The notes: generated by a model from the sequence alone, not told the origin. A DNA stretch of 64,000 nucleotides from an uncultured Spirochaetota bacterium (GCA_963745235.1 CAVUXE010000073.1:32001-96000); one strand, 5' to 3'. Counted from the first letter of the stretch, positions 1-13,290 are shown. Numbers and translations: made by a program.

Positions 1-1215
1 TGGACCGTGAACGCAGCGCCCGGCATGACCCTCGATGCCCTTCGTGAAGAACTGGAGAAAGCGCCTGGCTCCCCCCTGTTTCCCGTTGACCCGACGGAAG
101 CGGGGGCCAGCCTCGGCGGCATGGTTGCAACGAACGCAAGCGGAGCGCGCACGCTTCTTTATGGACCGACGCGCGCCTGGGTGGCCGGCCTCACGCTTGT
201 CCTTGCCGACGGGACGATCCTGGAGCTTTCCCGCGGTGAAACACGCGCGAGAAGCGGGGAAATCATGGTCCAGGGCCGCCGCTTTCACGTGCCGTCCGTT
301 CGCATCCCGCAGACGAAGCACGCCGTGGGATATCATGCCGGTCCCGATGTTGACGCAATCGACCTCTTCATTGGCGGTGAAGGGACCCTCGCTGTTGTCG
401 CAGGGGTCGAGCTCCTGCTCACCGATGCTCCGCAAGCGGTCTGCGGAGTCGCTGCCTTCCTTCGACCGGGCGGCCGTGTGGAAGAGCTGGTCCGAAGCTT
501 GAAACACGACGAGGTCGTGATCCCGCGAGCCCTCGAGTACATGGATTCGCACTCCATCGCCATCCTCGCGGCCCTTCGCAGGGAAGTCGGCCCCCGAAGC
601 GGCTTGCCGGCGCTCCCGGGGGACGCCGACGGTCTGCTGTATGTCGAGTGCGCCGCGGAGAACGACCGGGAGGCAGGACGACGGCTGCTGAGGATCAGCG
701 AGGTCCTCGCCGCCCACGATGTGCCTGCTGAGCGCACGTGGGCCGCCACCAGCAGAAGCGAGCTGGAAGAAATCCGCGGGATGAGGCATACGCTGCCGGA
801 GAGGATCAACGCGCTGATCCTTCAACGGCGGGAGGAGGTCCCGGGGCTCACGAAGCTTGCCGCGGACTGCGCCGTGCCGGACGAAGCGCTGGACCGGATG
901 ATGGCGGAGTATCGATCAGTCCTGGACAACGCCGGTCTGGAGCACGCCGTCTTCGGCCATATTGGAAACGCCCACCTTCACGTCAATATTCTCCCGCGAA
1001 ACGCGGGGGAGCTTGCGCGGGCAAAAGAAGCAGCGGCCAGCCTGGCTCGCACCGCCGTGGCTCTTGGTGGAAGCGTGTCCGGGGAGCATGGGATCGGAAA
1101 GCTGAAAAAAGGGCTGCTGGGCCTGCAGTACACGCCGCAGGAGCTCGACGGGCTTCGGTCCCTGAAAGACCAGCTGGATCCCGCTGGCCTGCTGAATCCG
1201 GGGGTGCTGTGGTAG
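1..1215 (+). CDS. FAD-binding oxidoreductase, GlcD/D-lactate dehydrogenase family (5' end truncated by the window)
   Basis: ORF 7..1215 has [48 protein letters not shown] and C-terminal [10 protein letters not shown] motifs; the frame is open from the window start. Confidence 0.85.
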   Translation, partial: WTVNAAPGMTLDALREELEKAPGSPLFPVDPTEAGASLGGMVATNASGARTLLYGPTRAWVAGLTLVLADGTILELSRGETRARSGEIMVQGRRFHVPSVRIPQTKHAVGYHAGPDVDAIDLFIGGEGTLAVVAGVELLLTDAPQAVCGVAAFLRPGGRVEELVRSLKHDEVVIPRALEYMDSHSIAILAALRREVGPRSGLPALPGDADGLLYVECAAENDREAGRRLLRISEVLAAHDVPAERTWAATSRSELEEIRGMRHTLPERINALILQRREEVPGLTKLAADCAVPDEALDRMMAEYRSVLDNAGLEHAVFGHIGNAHLHVNILPRNAGELARAKEAAASLARTAVALGGSVSGEHGIGKLKKGLLGLQYTPQELDGLRSLKDQLDPAGLLNPGVLW

Positions 1216-1232
1216 GGCCCCGCGGCCCCGGG

Positions 1233-3855
<2,623 letters not shown>

Positions 3856-3888
3856 CTGTATTTCTCCGGGGGAAATGCTTTTGTCACT

Positions 3889-3917
3889 AAGATACGGCAT
3901 GAAGCTCTGCCGGTCAA
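3889..3917 (-). promoter_or_regulatory. sigma70-type promoter for clpB (TTGACC-N17-TATCTT)
   Basis: Minus strand reads ttgacc ggcagagcttcatgccg tatctt, upstream of a GGAG SD and the clpB ATG. Confidence 0.6.
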
Positions 3918-3950
3918 ATGCGCGCAGCCCCGGGCCGGCGCGGACGCCGC

Positions 3951-4054
3951 CGCACATGCCGCAGACGCGCATGCCGAAGGCGCGCGTGCGAAGACGCGCG
4001 TGCCGAAGACGCACATGCCGAAGACGCGCATGCCGAAGGCGCGCGTGCCGCAGG
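3951..4054. repeat. Degenerate tandem repeat, about 7 x 15 bp (consensus GCCGAAGRCGCRCRT)
   Basis: Units gccgcagacgcgcat / gccgaaggcgcgcgt / gcgaagacgcgcgt / gccgaagacgcacat / gccgaagacgcgcat / gccgaaggcgcgcgt lie between the divergent clpB and GH1 promoters. Confidence 0.9.
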
Positions 4055-4073
4055 CAGCCGCAGGCTGCCGGAT

Positions 4074-4102
4074 TTGACAGCCGGGAGGGCGCCTCCTATA
4101 CT
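4074..4102 (+). promoter_or_regulatory. Near-consensus sigma70 promoter TTGACA-N17-TATACT; probably gives a leaderless GH1 mRNA
   Basis: TTGACA at 4074-4079, TATACT at 4097-4102; the ATG at 4109 is only 6 nt downstream and there is no SD. Confidence 0.75.
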
Positions 4103-4108
4103 GGGCCT

Positions 4109-5465
4109 ATGTCAGGAAGAGGCTTCCCGAAGGGGTTTCTCTGGGGAGCGGCCACGGCCGCCTATCAGATCGAAGGGGCTGCCCGGGAAGACGGCAAGGG
4201 AGAATCGATCTGGGACAGGTTCTGCCACACACCGGGGAAGATCGCGGACGGGGAGACGGGGGATGTCGCCTGCGACCATTACCACCGTTGGCGGGATGAC
4301 GTTGAAAACATGCGGGACCTGGGTCTCGGCTCGTACCGGTTTTCCGTCTCCTGGCCGCGCGTGCTGCCGTCCGGGCAGCGGCAAGGTGAACACCCGCGGG
4401 ATCGCATTCTATGAGACTCTCGTGGATGCCCTGCTTGCCGCCCGCATCGAGCCCGCCGTCACCCTCTATCACTGGGACCTGCCGCAGGCGCTCCAGGAGA
4501 AGGGAGGGTGGACAAACCACGACACCGCCTTCAGGTTCGCTGATTACGCCGAGCAGCTGTTCCTGAGGCTCGGCGACCGGGTGAAGACCTGGATCACCCT
4601 CAATGAGCCGCAAGTCTCTGCCTTTGCCGGCTACGGTGACGGCGTGCACGCCCCCGGGATCAGGGACCTCGGCCAGGCGGTGCAGGCATCTCACGTGCTC
4701 ATGGTAGCACATGCCCTCGCGGTGCAGGCCTATCGGGAGGAAAGCCCCGCGGCCCACAGGATCGGGATTACCCTGGACCTGCACCCCGTCTATCCCTGGA
4801 GCGACGGGACGTCGGACGCTGAGGCCGCGCGAGTGGCGGACGGCCGCGTGAACCGCTGGTTCCTGGATCCCGTCTTCCGCGGCGCCTATCCGAAGGATAT
4901 CCTTGCCCTTTTCGAAGCGGGCGGGGTGGCCCCGCGCGTGGAGGCAAAGGACCTTGTCCTGCTCTCCTCCCACCCCGTGGATTTCCTCGGCGTGAACTAC
5001 TACTTCCCGCTTCGGGTGCTTGCCAGTGACGCTGACCCCGTGCTCCATTTTGAGAGCGCCACGCACAAGGACCGGGAGAAGACCGAGATGGGATGGGAGG
5101 TCTATCCCGAAGGGCTCCACGACCTGCTCATCCGCCTGAAAGAAGACTACGGGAACCCGAGCATCATGATCACGGAAAACGGCGCTGCGCATCCGGACTC
5201 GGATGTCGTCAACGGCCAGGTCCAGGATGACGACAGGATCAGCTACATTCGCGGGCACCTGGAGCAGTCCCTGCGCGCAATCCAGAATGGCGTCAAGCTG
5301 GAGGGCTACTTCCTGTGGACGCTGCTGGACAACTTCGAGTGGGCTTTCGGGTTCAGCCGCAAGTTCGGAATCACGAGCCTTGACAGGCACTCATCGGGCA
5401 GGACCTGGAAAAAGAGCGCAGCCTGGTACCAGGAGACCATCGCCACAAACGGCGCGGCGCTCTGA
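4109..5465 (+). CDS. bglA: GH1 beta-glucosidase (one +1 indel near 4373)
   Basis: [35 protein letters not shown], then in the next frame TLYHWDLP, acid/base TLNEP, nucleophile ITENG and LLDNFEW. Confidence 0.93.
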
Positions 5466-5499
5466 AGCGCTTGGCGCTGTCAACAGCGCGGCGCTCTGA
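5448..5499. repeat. 18-bp direct repeat duplicating the last codons and stop of the GH1 gene
   Basis: aacggcgcggcgctctga (5448-5465) and aacagcgcggcgctctga (5482-5499), one mismatch. Confidence 0.75.
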
Positions 5500-5513
5500 G
5501 CGGCCCGGCCGGG

Positions 5514-6236
5514 CTAGAACGTTCTTTCCCCGAAGCTTTCCACGAGGTCTTTCACCTCTATCTGCCCCCTGATGCGGAAGGGCTCGCCGTACTTCTTTCC
5601 GATCAGGTGCCCGTAATGGGCCATGCGGGAGAAGAGCAGCTCCATGAAGTGCTCGCTCGCAATGAAGGTCGGGGGCTCCTGTCCCGCGAAGCCGGGGTTG
5701 TACACCTGCGTCCGGTAGGCCTGGAGGGCGCGGCGCTTGTCCTCGACGTGATCACTGATGTCGATGATGAAGCCGGGCTCGAACTCCCAGCTCGACATGT
5801 AATACACGAGCTCGGCCGGCCGGTGCGGCTTCTGTCCCGTGTCCAGCTTGGAAAGCCCCGAAAGGAACGCGGCCTCCTGCACGATCCGGGACGCCGCCCC
5901 ATGATCGGGATGCCTGTCCTCGATCCAGGGGAGCAGGACGATCCGCGGCTCGTGCTCCCGGATCTCCCGGACCACAGCCGCGCGCGCCTGCTCGTCCGGG
6001 CACAGGCGGCCGTCCGGCAGGGAGAGCATCTCGTGGTGTCGAACGCCCATCAGCTCGCCGGCCGCCGCGAACTCCCGGGCCCGCGTCTCAACGGTGCCGC
6101 GGGTCCCCATCTCCCCGCGCGTGAGGGAGATCACGCCGGTTGCACGGCCGCGTTTCGCGGCCTTGATCAGGGTGCCGCCGGCGGCGAGCTCCACATCGTC
6201 CGGATGCGCGCCAAAGGCCAGTATGTCGAGCTTCAC
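5514..6236 (-). CDS. bshB1: Bacillithiol biosynthesis deacetylase BshB1 (PIG-L/LmbE family)
   Basis: LDILAFGAHPDDVEL, LTRGEMGTRGT and DRHPDH motifs; overlaps the bshC stop. Confidence 0.85.
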   Translation of the reverse strand: MKLDILAFGAHPDDVELAAGGTLIKAAKRGRATGVISLTRGEMGTRGTVETRAREFAAAGELMGVRHHEMLSLPDGRLCPDEQARAAVVREIREHEPRIVLLPWIEDRHPDHGAASRIVQEAAFLSGLSKLDTGQKPHRPAELVYYMSSWEFEPGFIIDISDHVEDKRRALQAYRTQVYNPGFAGQEPPTFIASEHFMELLFSRMAHYGHLIGKKYGEPFRIRGQIEVKDLVESFGERTF

Positions 6237-7861
6237 GCGTCTATCACCACGCCCCGGTGCTCGGGAGCAAACGGCTCGATGGCGGCCAGGGCCTGGTCGA
6301 GCACGCGGCCGCCGTAGCGCGCAAGGAACGGCAGCGCGGTCAGCGTTCTTTCCTGCAGGCCGCCGCGCGGAGCCAGCGCTGACGCCATGCGCTCCACCTG
6401 GCCGCGCAGGACCTCGTCCTTCCTGCGTGCCGCCTGCGTGATCTTCTTCTCGATGAAGTCGAACTGTTTCCTGCTCGCCGCCGCGGCGAGCTCCGCCGTC
6501 CTTCGAAGCGTCGGATCCAACCCTTCGATCTGCTCGATCAGGTCCTTCCAGATTTCAACAGCCTGGCTCCGCCGGTCGGCGAGCTTTTCGAACAGCGCCG
6601 GCGGGATTTCACGCTTCACGATGTCGTCCAGGACTTTTTCCCGTCGGGTCAGGACATCCTTGAGCGAGAGGCCGTGCTTTTCCATGAGCTTCTGATGACG
6701 CGCTTCGATCAGCGTGAGGGAGGCCCGGGGAAAAAGGACGGGCATCGGGATGCCCATTGCGCGGTAGGCGAGGGGGAGCTGGGCCCAGTAGGCTATCTCC
6801 GAAGGGCCAAGAACCATTGCGAGGGTTGGGAAGAGGGAGTCCTGGAACAGAGGGCGCAGCGCAGCGTTCGGGCTGAACCGCTCGGGGCTGTCCTTCAGGA
6901 GCGAGGTCAGGTCCCCGTTCGTGAACCTCCGCGCGGAGGCGCGAAGCTCGAACCCGTCCTCCCGTACGGCAATGGCCTCTCGAGCCGGGTTCTGGAAGAA
7001 CAGCGTCAGCATGCCGTCCCGCACCTCTATCTGCGGGGGATAGCCGGCCCGCTGGAGAAGCCGCGTCTGCTCCATCATGGCCCGGCTGACCGGGCTCTTC
7101 TCGGAGATTTCCCTCTCGAAGAGCGGAAGGGCGATCCTTTTCAGGCCGGAGTCAGCCGGATCCACAAGCACGAGTCCTTTGTCACTGAGCAGGGAAGCCA
7201 TCCAGGCTCCGAAAGCCGCGGGGTAGGAGCGCGCCGGCGCGTATGCCGCGCGCAGGTTCTGGAGCATTTCCTGGGCGAGCTCGCTTTCCGGAAGCGCCGC
7301 CGAGAGGTCTCCCAGCAATGCGCTGACTCCTTCTCCGAGCCTGACCTGGGACACGGGAAGCTTCGCGTTCTCATCCCCGGGGAGGCGAAGCTCGCGAAGC
7401 CGGCCATCACGATCCAGGACGCAGGCGCGATCCACCTCCGCCAGGTCGCTGTCCTCCGAGGCAATCCAGAAAACGGGGATGACGGGCTGGCCCAGCTGGC
7501 TCTCGAGGCGGGCGGCAAGGGAAAGCACAGTGAGGGCCTTGTGGACCGTGTACAGCGGTCCCCCGAACAGGCCCGCCTGCTGGCCGCCGATCACAACCGT
7601 GGCCCGGGGATCAGACAGCCTCGCGATATTGGCCATTGCGGCCGGCGCGGCGGAGAAGCGGCGGTTCTGCGCTTCCAGGATGGAACGCAGGGTGACGCGA
7701 TCATAGCGCCTGCCGGCCAGCTCATTTCGCTGTTCGACGAACGCCTGGGGATCACGGAACCATCGCGGCACCAGGGATCGAAACTTTTCGCTCCCCTCCC
7801 AGCAGTCGAGTATAAGGCTGCCCTCCGGCAGCAGCTCGCGCAGGGGAACTCCGTGGATCAT
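6233..7861 (-). CDS. bshC: Bacillithiol biosynthesis cysteine-adding enzyme BshC
   Basis: 542 aa with GQQAGLFGGPLYTVHK, PVFWIASEDSD, FSPNAALRPLFQD, GPSEIAYWAQL and GLQER motifs. Confidence 0.9.
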   Translation of the reverse strand: MIHGVPLRELLPEGSLILDCWEGSEKFRSLVPRWFRDPQAFVEQRNELAGRRYDRVTLRSILEAQNRRFSAAPAAMANIARLSDPRATVVIGGQQAGLFGGPLYTVHKALTVLSLAARLESQLGQPVIPVFWIASEDSDLAEVDRACVLDRDGRLRELRLPGDENAKLPVSQVRLGEGVSALLGDLSAALPESELAQEMLQNLRAAYAPARSYPAAFGAWMASLLSDKGLVLVDPADSGLKRIALPLFEREISEKSPVSRAMMEQTRLLQRAGYPPQIEVRDGMLTLFFQNPAREAIAVREDGFELRASARRFTNGDLTSLLKDSPERFSPNAALRPLFQDSLFPTLAMVLGPSEIAYWAQLPLAYRAMGIPMPVLFPRASLTLIEARHQKLMEKHGLSLKDVLTRREKVLDDIVKREIPPALFEKLADRRSQAVEIWKDLIEQIEGLDPTLRRTAELAAAASRKQFDFIEKKITQAARRKDEVLRGQVERMASALAPRGGLQERTLTALPFLARYGGRVLDQALAAIEPFAPEHRGVVIDA

Positions 7862-7916
7862 GAAAGAATGCTACTCCGAAAGCGCGGGAAAGGGAAATGG
7901 GTCCGCTCTCTGCGCC

Positions 7917-9833
7917 CTACTTTTCAAACAGCGCGGTGATTTCCTTCCGGTACAGATCAGCGACCACGTGCCTCTTGACCGACGCCTTGGCGCTGAGCTC
8001 CACGCCCGTTTCGAAGTGCTTCGGGAGCAGCTTGAAGCGGAACACTCTTTCAAACTCCCGGAAGCCACGCTTGGCGTTCACCCGGGAATTGATCTCGTCA
8101 GAGATCAGCTCCTGGATCTGGGGGTTCTCCCGGAGGTCGTGCTTGGTGAGCCAGCTGATCTCCTGCTGCGCGGCGTACGCTTCCAGGGCCTCGTCGTTGG
8201 GCACCACGAGTGCCGCAAGGAACTTCTGGTCCTGTCCTACCACCATCACCTGGTCGATATAGTCGGACTCCAATATCGTGTCCTCGATGGGCACGGGCTC
8301 CACGTTCTCTCCGCCCAGGAGCACGATCGTCTCCTTGGTCCTTCCGATGATCTTGAGCTCTCCCCGATACGTCATCATGCCCAGGTCTCCCGTGTTGAGC
8401 CAGCCGTCAGGGGAAAGCACCTCCGCGGTCTTGTCCGGTCTCTTGTAGTAGCCTTTCATGACGTTCGGTCCACGGACGTGGATGACGCCCTTCTTTCCCG
8501 GCCCCACCGGGGCGCCGGAATCAGGATCGAGAAGCTTGATTTCCAGCTCGTCGAGAAGAGGGCCGATGGTTCCCGGCACGGGCTTTCTCTGCAGGCGAAC
8601 CGAGATCACGGGTGTCGTTTCCGTCAGGCCGTATCCTTCCAGCAGAAGCACGCCGACGGCCTGGAAGAACCTGTCCACGTGCGCCGGAAGGGCACCCCCG
8701 CCGGAGACGGTGAACCTGAACCTTCCTCCGAGACGCTGCTTGATCTTCTTGAAGACAAGGAGATCACCAAGGGCCTTGAACGGCCAGAGCAGGAGGAAAG
8801 GAAGGACGCCAAGAAGAAAATCTATGGTGCGGAATCTTCGCGTGAGCTGGGGATACAGGCCGCGTATGAGCGTGGTGGCCGTTGCATGGGCCTTGCCGAC
8901 CGCCACGAAGAAGTGAAAGAGGATCTTCTTGATTCCGCCTTCCTCGTTGACGTTGCGGTACACCGCCGAACGAACCCCTTCCCAGATGCGAGGCACCGAA
9001 GCCATGATTGTCGGCTTCACCGCGGCCATGTCAGCGAGCATGATCTTGCCCACGGGCTTCGAGTATGCAAGAGCGGTTCCATGGCTCAGGGCCAGGATGT
9101 TTATGATCCGCTCGAAAGAGTGCCATACCGGGAGGACGGCAAGGAACACGTCACCGGGGCCAATCTCTACGGCCTTGGGGACGGGCGTGCGCATGTTGTG
9201 AAGGAAGTTGGCATGAGTCAGCATGACTCCCTTGGGCTCTCCCGTCGTGCCCGAGGTGTAGATGATGGTTGCCAGGTCTTCCGGGCTGCCTTTCTCCATC
9301 TCCCGAACAAAGGCCGAGGGGTCCGCGGTGAGGAGTTTCCGGCCGTTGGACATGACGTCCATGAAGGGGACCACCTTCACTCCGCAGGCTGATTCTGGGA
9401 ACGCCTCCGGCTGGAAGTCCTCTTCCATGACGATGATTTTCCTGAGAAGCGGGAGATCACCCTTGCGGGAAAGTATCTTCTTCAGCTGCTCGGTGTTCTC
9501 CACGATGGCGAGCGCGCAATCCGCGTGGTGCAGGATGTATCTCGCCTCGTCCGCCATTGTGTCGGACCCGCGGGGAACGTCCGCGGCCCCGATCCCCTGG
9601 ATCCCGAGGTTGGCGAATATCCATTCCTTGCGGTTGTCAGAGATGACGCCGACGTGGTCTCCGCGCTTGACGCCGAAATCAAGAAGGCCCGCGCCGAAAC
9701 GCTCGAACTGGGAGGCGAGCTCCGTGAAGGTCAGGGACGCCCATTCGCCATTCCTGGTCTTGCTCATGAGAGCCGGCAAATCGGAAAAGCGTCGAGCAAC
9801 CGACCACATGGTCTTTACGACCGTGTTTTCCAT
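7917..9833 (-). CDS. fadD: Long-chain fatty acid-CoA ligase (AMP-binding)
   Basis: IIYTSGTTGEPKGVMLTH, EGYGLTET, GWLNTGDLG and GRTKETIVLLGGENVEP motifs. Confidence 0.88.
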   Translation of the reverse strand: MENTVVKTMWSVARRFSDLPALMSKTRNGEWASLTFTELASQFERFGAGLLDFGVKRGDHVGVISDNRKEWIFANLGIQGIGAADVPRGSDTMADEARYILHHADCALAIVENTEQLKKILSRKGDLPLLRKIIVMEEDFQPEAFPESACGVKVVPFMDVMSNGRKLLTADPSAFVREMEKGSPEDLATIIYTSGTTGEPKGVMLTHANFLHNMRTPVPKAVEIGPGDVFLAVLPVWHSFERIINILALSHGTALAYSKPVGKIMLADMAAVKPTIMASVPRIWEGVRSAVYRNVNEEGGIKKILFHFFVAVGKAHATATTLIRGLYPQLTRRFRTIDFLLGVLPFLLLWPFKALGDLLVFKKIKQRLGGRFRFTVSGGGALPAHVDRFFQAVGVLLLEGYGLTETTPVISVRLQRKPVPGTIGPLLDELEIKLLDPDSGAPVGPGKKGVIHVRGPNVMKGYYKRPDKTAEVLSPDGWLNTGDLGMMTYRGELKIIGRTKETIVLLGGENVEPVPIEDTILESDYIDQVMVVGQDQKFLAALVVPNDEALEAYAAQQEISWLTKHDLRENPQIQELISDEINSRVNAKRGFREFERVFRFKLLPKHFETGVELSAKASVKRHVVADLYRKEITALFEK

Positions 9834-9981
9834 TCAGGCCTCTGTTTACTCAGATTTGCAGCAAAAAAACCTTACCATAGCCTGTCTATGCAATCAAGAA
9901 ATCTTTTGAAAGCTGCCGAGGGCTTTCCCAATCAGTACCTTATAGCTGGATTTTAACACCATTCAGACAGGAGGATTGCGC

Positions 9982-10671
9982 ATGGTGACTCTTCACTACT
10001 ACGGCCACGACTGCTGGGAAATCGATGATGGAACCCATCGCGTGCTCATCGATCCGTTCCTGGAAGGAAACCCCGAGGCCACCGCAAAGCCTGACTCGTT
10101 CACGAAGCTGGACGCCGTTCTCGTGACTCACGGCCATGGGGATCACCTCGGGGATGCCGCGGCTATCGCAAAGAAAACCGGCGCCATGGTCGTCTCCAAC
10201 GCCGAGATCGTCGGGTACCTCCAGGGAAAAGGCGCGGCCAACGGGCATCCCCTCCACATCGGCGGAGGCTGGCAGTTCCCCTTCGGCAACGTGAAGCTCA
10301 CGATCGCCCATCACGGCTCGACGGGACCCAACGGTGAAGCGCTGGGAAACCCTGTCGGGATACTCCTCACCATGGGCGGGAAGAAGGTCTACCACGCCGG
10401 GGACACGGGGTTGTTCCTGGACATGCAGCTCATTGGGGATGCCTGGGGGCCGCTGGATGTCGCGCTCCTGCCCATAGGAGACAATTTCACCATGGGCATA
10501 GAAGACGCGGTCAGGGCGGCCGGCTTCCTGAAGGCGAAAGTCTGCATCCCCATGCACTACAACACGTTCGACCTGATCAAAGCGGACCCGGCGGAGTTCG
10601 TCCGAAAGGCGGAGGCAAAAGGGCACCACGCAGTCGTCGTGGCGCCGGGAGGCACGTACACGGTCGCGTGA
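9982..10671 (+). CDS. UPF0173 metal-dependent hydrolase (metallo-beta-lactamase fold)
   Basis: THGHGDH, YHAGDT, LLPIGDNFTM and IPMHYNTF motifs; SD AGGAGG upstream. Confidence 0.88.
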   Translation: MVTLHYYGHDCWEIDDGTHRVLIDPFLEGNPEATAKPDSFTKLDAVLVTHGHGDHLGDAAAIAKKTGAMVVSNAEIVGYLQGKGAANGHPLHIGGGWQFPFGNVKLTIAHHGSTGPNGEALGNPVGILLTMGGKKVYHAGDTGLFLDMQLIGDAWGPLDVALLPIGDNFTMGIEDAVRAAGFLKAKVCIPMHYNTFDLIKADPAEFVRKAEAKGHHAVVVAPGGTYTVA

Positions 10672-10701
10672 GCGCCGCTGCGTACATGGATGTACGAGCG
10701 G

Positions 10702-11004
10702 TCAGCCCTCGATAAACCTCGAAAGGAGTCTTCGGGCGTCTTCAAGTCCCCGGATGAACGCGGATCGCTCTTCCTCCCGCAGGGGCGCGTCCTTGGGCAT
10801 CCCGACGCGCCTTGAAAAGTCGAAGAACCTGATGGACTTGAACCTCCCGATCTGCTCCGACCCCTTCCCGAAGACTTCCTCGACGTTCTTTTCCGCTTTC
10901 TCTTTCCATTCCTTGAACTTCGACTCCTCGGGGTTGCGGGACCTCAGTCCGTTCAGGTCACTGATCAGTGACTGGATCTTGGACTTCTCTTCGGCCTTTA
11001 CCAT
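10702..11004 (-). CDS. Hypothetical 100-aa helical protein
   Basis: Clean ORF with SD GGGAGG and an extended -10 TGCTATAAT overlapping the kbl stop codon. Confidence 0.7.
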   Translation of the reverse strand: MVKAEEKSKIQSLISDLNGLRSRNPEESKFKEWKEKAEKNVEEVFGKGSEQIGRFKSIRFFDFSRRVGMPKDAPLREEERSAFIRGLEDARRLLSRFIEG

Positions 11005-11040
11005 AGAGTCCTCCCATCATGTGGCCTGGCGATGCCCTCA

Positions 11041-12252
11041 TTATAGCAGAACAGGCCTGTCTTCGACGATCCCCAGCGCGGCCCCCACGCGTACAAAAGC
11101 GCGGAGCGCCGTGAGCAGGTCCTCCCGCGTGTGCAGGGCGGAGAGCTGCACGCGGATGCGCGCCTGGCCCTTCGGGACCACGGGATAGCTGAACCCGATC
11201 ACGTAGATGCCCTCGTCGAGAAGCCGTCGCGCCATTTCGGCCGCCCGGTTCTCTTCGAAAAGCATGATGGGGACGATGGGGTGGGAGCCCGGCCTGACGT
11301 CGAACCCCGCGGCAGTGATCCCCGCGCGGAAGAGGCGCGCATTCTCCTCCAGCCTGTCCCGCAGCTCGGTGCTCTCTGTCAGGAGCTGCAGGACCGCAAG
11401 GGTCGTCGCTGCGACCATGGGCGCGAGGGAGTTGGAGAACAGGTACGGCCTGCTGCGCTGGCGCAGGAGCTGGACCATCTCCCGCCGGCCCGACACGCAG
11501 CCCCCCGTGGCGCCGCCGAGCGCCTTGCCGAACGTGGTGGTGATTGCATCGATGCGGCCCATCACGCCGAGATGCTCGGCCGTCCCGCGGCCCGTCCTGC
11601 CGACAAAGCCGGTCGCATGGCTGTCGTCCACCATGACGAGCGCGCCACGGCGCTCCGCGAGCTCGCAGATCTCCGGCAGCTTCGCGAAATCTCCATCCAT
11701 GGAGAAGACGCCGTCGGTCACCACCAGTCGCACGTCACAGCCGGAGGCCTCGGCAAGCTTGCGCTCCAGGTCCGCCATGTCGCCGTGCGCGTAGATGAAG
11801 CGGCGGGCCTTGCACAGCCGGGCCCCATCGATGATGGAGGCATGATTGAGCTGGTCCGTGATCAGGGCGCACTCATCGTCAAGCAGAGGCTCGAAGATCC
11901 CTCCGTTGGCATCGAAGCACGACGAGTAAAGGACGGTGTCCTCCGTCCCGAGGAACTCCGACATGCGAAGCTCAAGCTCCCGGTGGACCTCCTGCGTTCC
12001 GCAGATGAATCGCACCGAGGCCATCCCGTATCCCCACCTGTCCAGGGCCTGGTGGGCGGCTGCAATGACCGCCGGATGAGACGCCAGGCCGAGGTAATTG
12101 TTCGCGCAGAAGTTCAGGACCTCCCTGCCGGGGGCGACACGGATCCTGACTCCCTGCGGGCTGCCGATGATCCGCTCCTCTTTGAAGGTGCCCGCCCCGC
12201 GGATCCCCTCCACCGCCGCTGAAAGCCTCTGGCGCGTTTTCTGGTCAAGCAT
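11041..12252 (-). CDS. kbl: Glycine C-acetyltransferase (2-amino-3-ketobutyrate CoA ligase)
   Basis: [33 protein letters not shown]-Lys TFGKALGG and SRPYLFSN; adjacent to tdh. Confidence 0.95.
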   Translation of the reverse strand: MLDQKTRQRLSAAVEGIRGAGTFKEERIIGSPQGVRIRVAPGREVLNFCANNYLGLASHPAVIAAAHQALDRWGYGMASVRFICGTQEVHRELELRMSEFLGTEDTVLYSSCFDANGGIFEPLLDDECALITDQLNHASIIDGARLCKARRFIYAHGDMADLERKLAEASGCDVRLVVTDGVFSMDGDFAKLPEICELAERRGALVMVDDSHATGFVGRTGRGTAEHLGVMGRIDAITTTFGKALGGATGGCVSGRREMVQLLRQRSRPYLFSNSLAPMVAATTLAVLQLLTESTELRDRLEENARLFRAGITAAGFDVRPGSHPIVPIMLFEENRAAEMARRLLDEGIYVIGFSYPVVPKGQARIRVQLSALHTREDLLTALRAFVRVGAALGIVEDRPVLL

Positions 12253-13285
12253 CCTGGCTGTCCTCCGCAATCTCAAGGACGACTTTTCCGCAGCTGCCCG
12301 ACTGCATCGCTTCGAAACCCCTGCGGAACTCCGCCAGCGGGAATCTATGGGTGAGGACTGCGGAGACGTCCAGCCCGCTCTGGAGCATTGTCTGCATCTT
12401 GTACCATGTCTCGAAGATCTCCCGTCCGTAGATCCCCTTGATGATCAGCCCCTTGAAGATCACCTGGTCCCAGCGTATTCCGGTCGAGTTGGGGAGGATC
12501 CCCAGGAGAGCGATGCGTCCCCCGTGGTACATGTTTTCCAGCATGGATTCGAAGGCCGCCCCGTTGCCCGACATTTCCAGGCCGATGTCGAACCCGATGA
12601 TCCCGAGCTCGTTCCGCGTTTCCGCGATGCTGGTCCGCGTGACGTTCACCGTCTTCGTGGCCCCCATGCGCGCAGCGAGCCCGAGCCGGTAGTCGTTGAC
12701 GTCGGTGACCACGATCCTCTGCGCCCCGCAGTGACGGCAGATGGCCGCGGCCATGACCCCGATGGGGCCGGCGCCGGTGATCAGGACGTCCTCCCCGACG
12801 AGGTCGAAAGAGAGGGCGGAATGTGTCGCGTTGCCAAGCGGGTCCAGGAAGGAGGCGATCTCCGAGGGGATGCGGGGATGGACGTGCCAGGCGTTGCCGG
12901 ACGGGAGGGAGAGGTACTCGGCAAAACAGCCGTCCCGGTTGACGCCGATCCCCACCGTGTTGGTGCACAGGTGCCTGCGGCCCGCCCGGCAGCTCCGACA
13001 GACGCCGCAGAAGATGTGCCCTTCACCCGAGACGCGCTCCCCGATCTCGTAGCCCCGTACGTTCGCCCCCATTGCGACGATCCTGCCGACGAACTCGTGG
13101 CCGATCGTCAGGGGAGGCTTGATGGTTCTCTGCGACCACTCGTCCCAGTTCCAGATATGGAGGTCCGTCCCGCAGATGGCGGCCTTTGCCACCCGCACGA
13201 GGAGATCGTTCCCGCCGATCTCGGGAATCGGGACCTCCTGCATCTCCAGGCCGGCACCGGCAGTCTTTTTCACAAGGGCTTTCAT
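12245..13285 (-). CDS. tdh: L-threonine 3-dehydrogenase
   Basis: [15 protein letters not shown], Zn cysteines CGVCRSC...C, GAGPIG and GIYGRE motifs. Confidence 0.95.
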   Translation of the reverse strand: MKALVKKTAGAGLEMQEVPIPEIGGNDLLVRVAKAAICGTDLHIWNWDEWSQRTIKPPLTIGHEFVGRIVAMGANVRGYEIGERVSGEGHIFCGVCRSCRAGRRHLCTNTVGIGVNRDGCFAEYLSLPSGNAWHVHPRIPSEIASFLDPLGNATHSALSFDLVGEDVLITGAGPIGVMAAAICRHCGAQRIVVTDVNDYRLGLAARMGATKTVNVTRTSIAETRNELGIIGFDIGLEMSGNGAAFESMLENMYHGGRIALLGILPNSTGIRWDQVIFKGLIIKGIYGREIFETWYKMQTMLQSGLDVSAVLTHRFPLAEFRRGFEAMQSGSCGKVVLEIAEDSQDA

Positions 13286-13290
13286 GGCCG

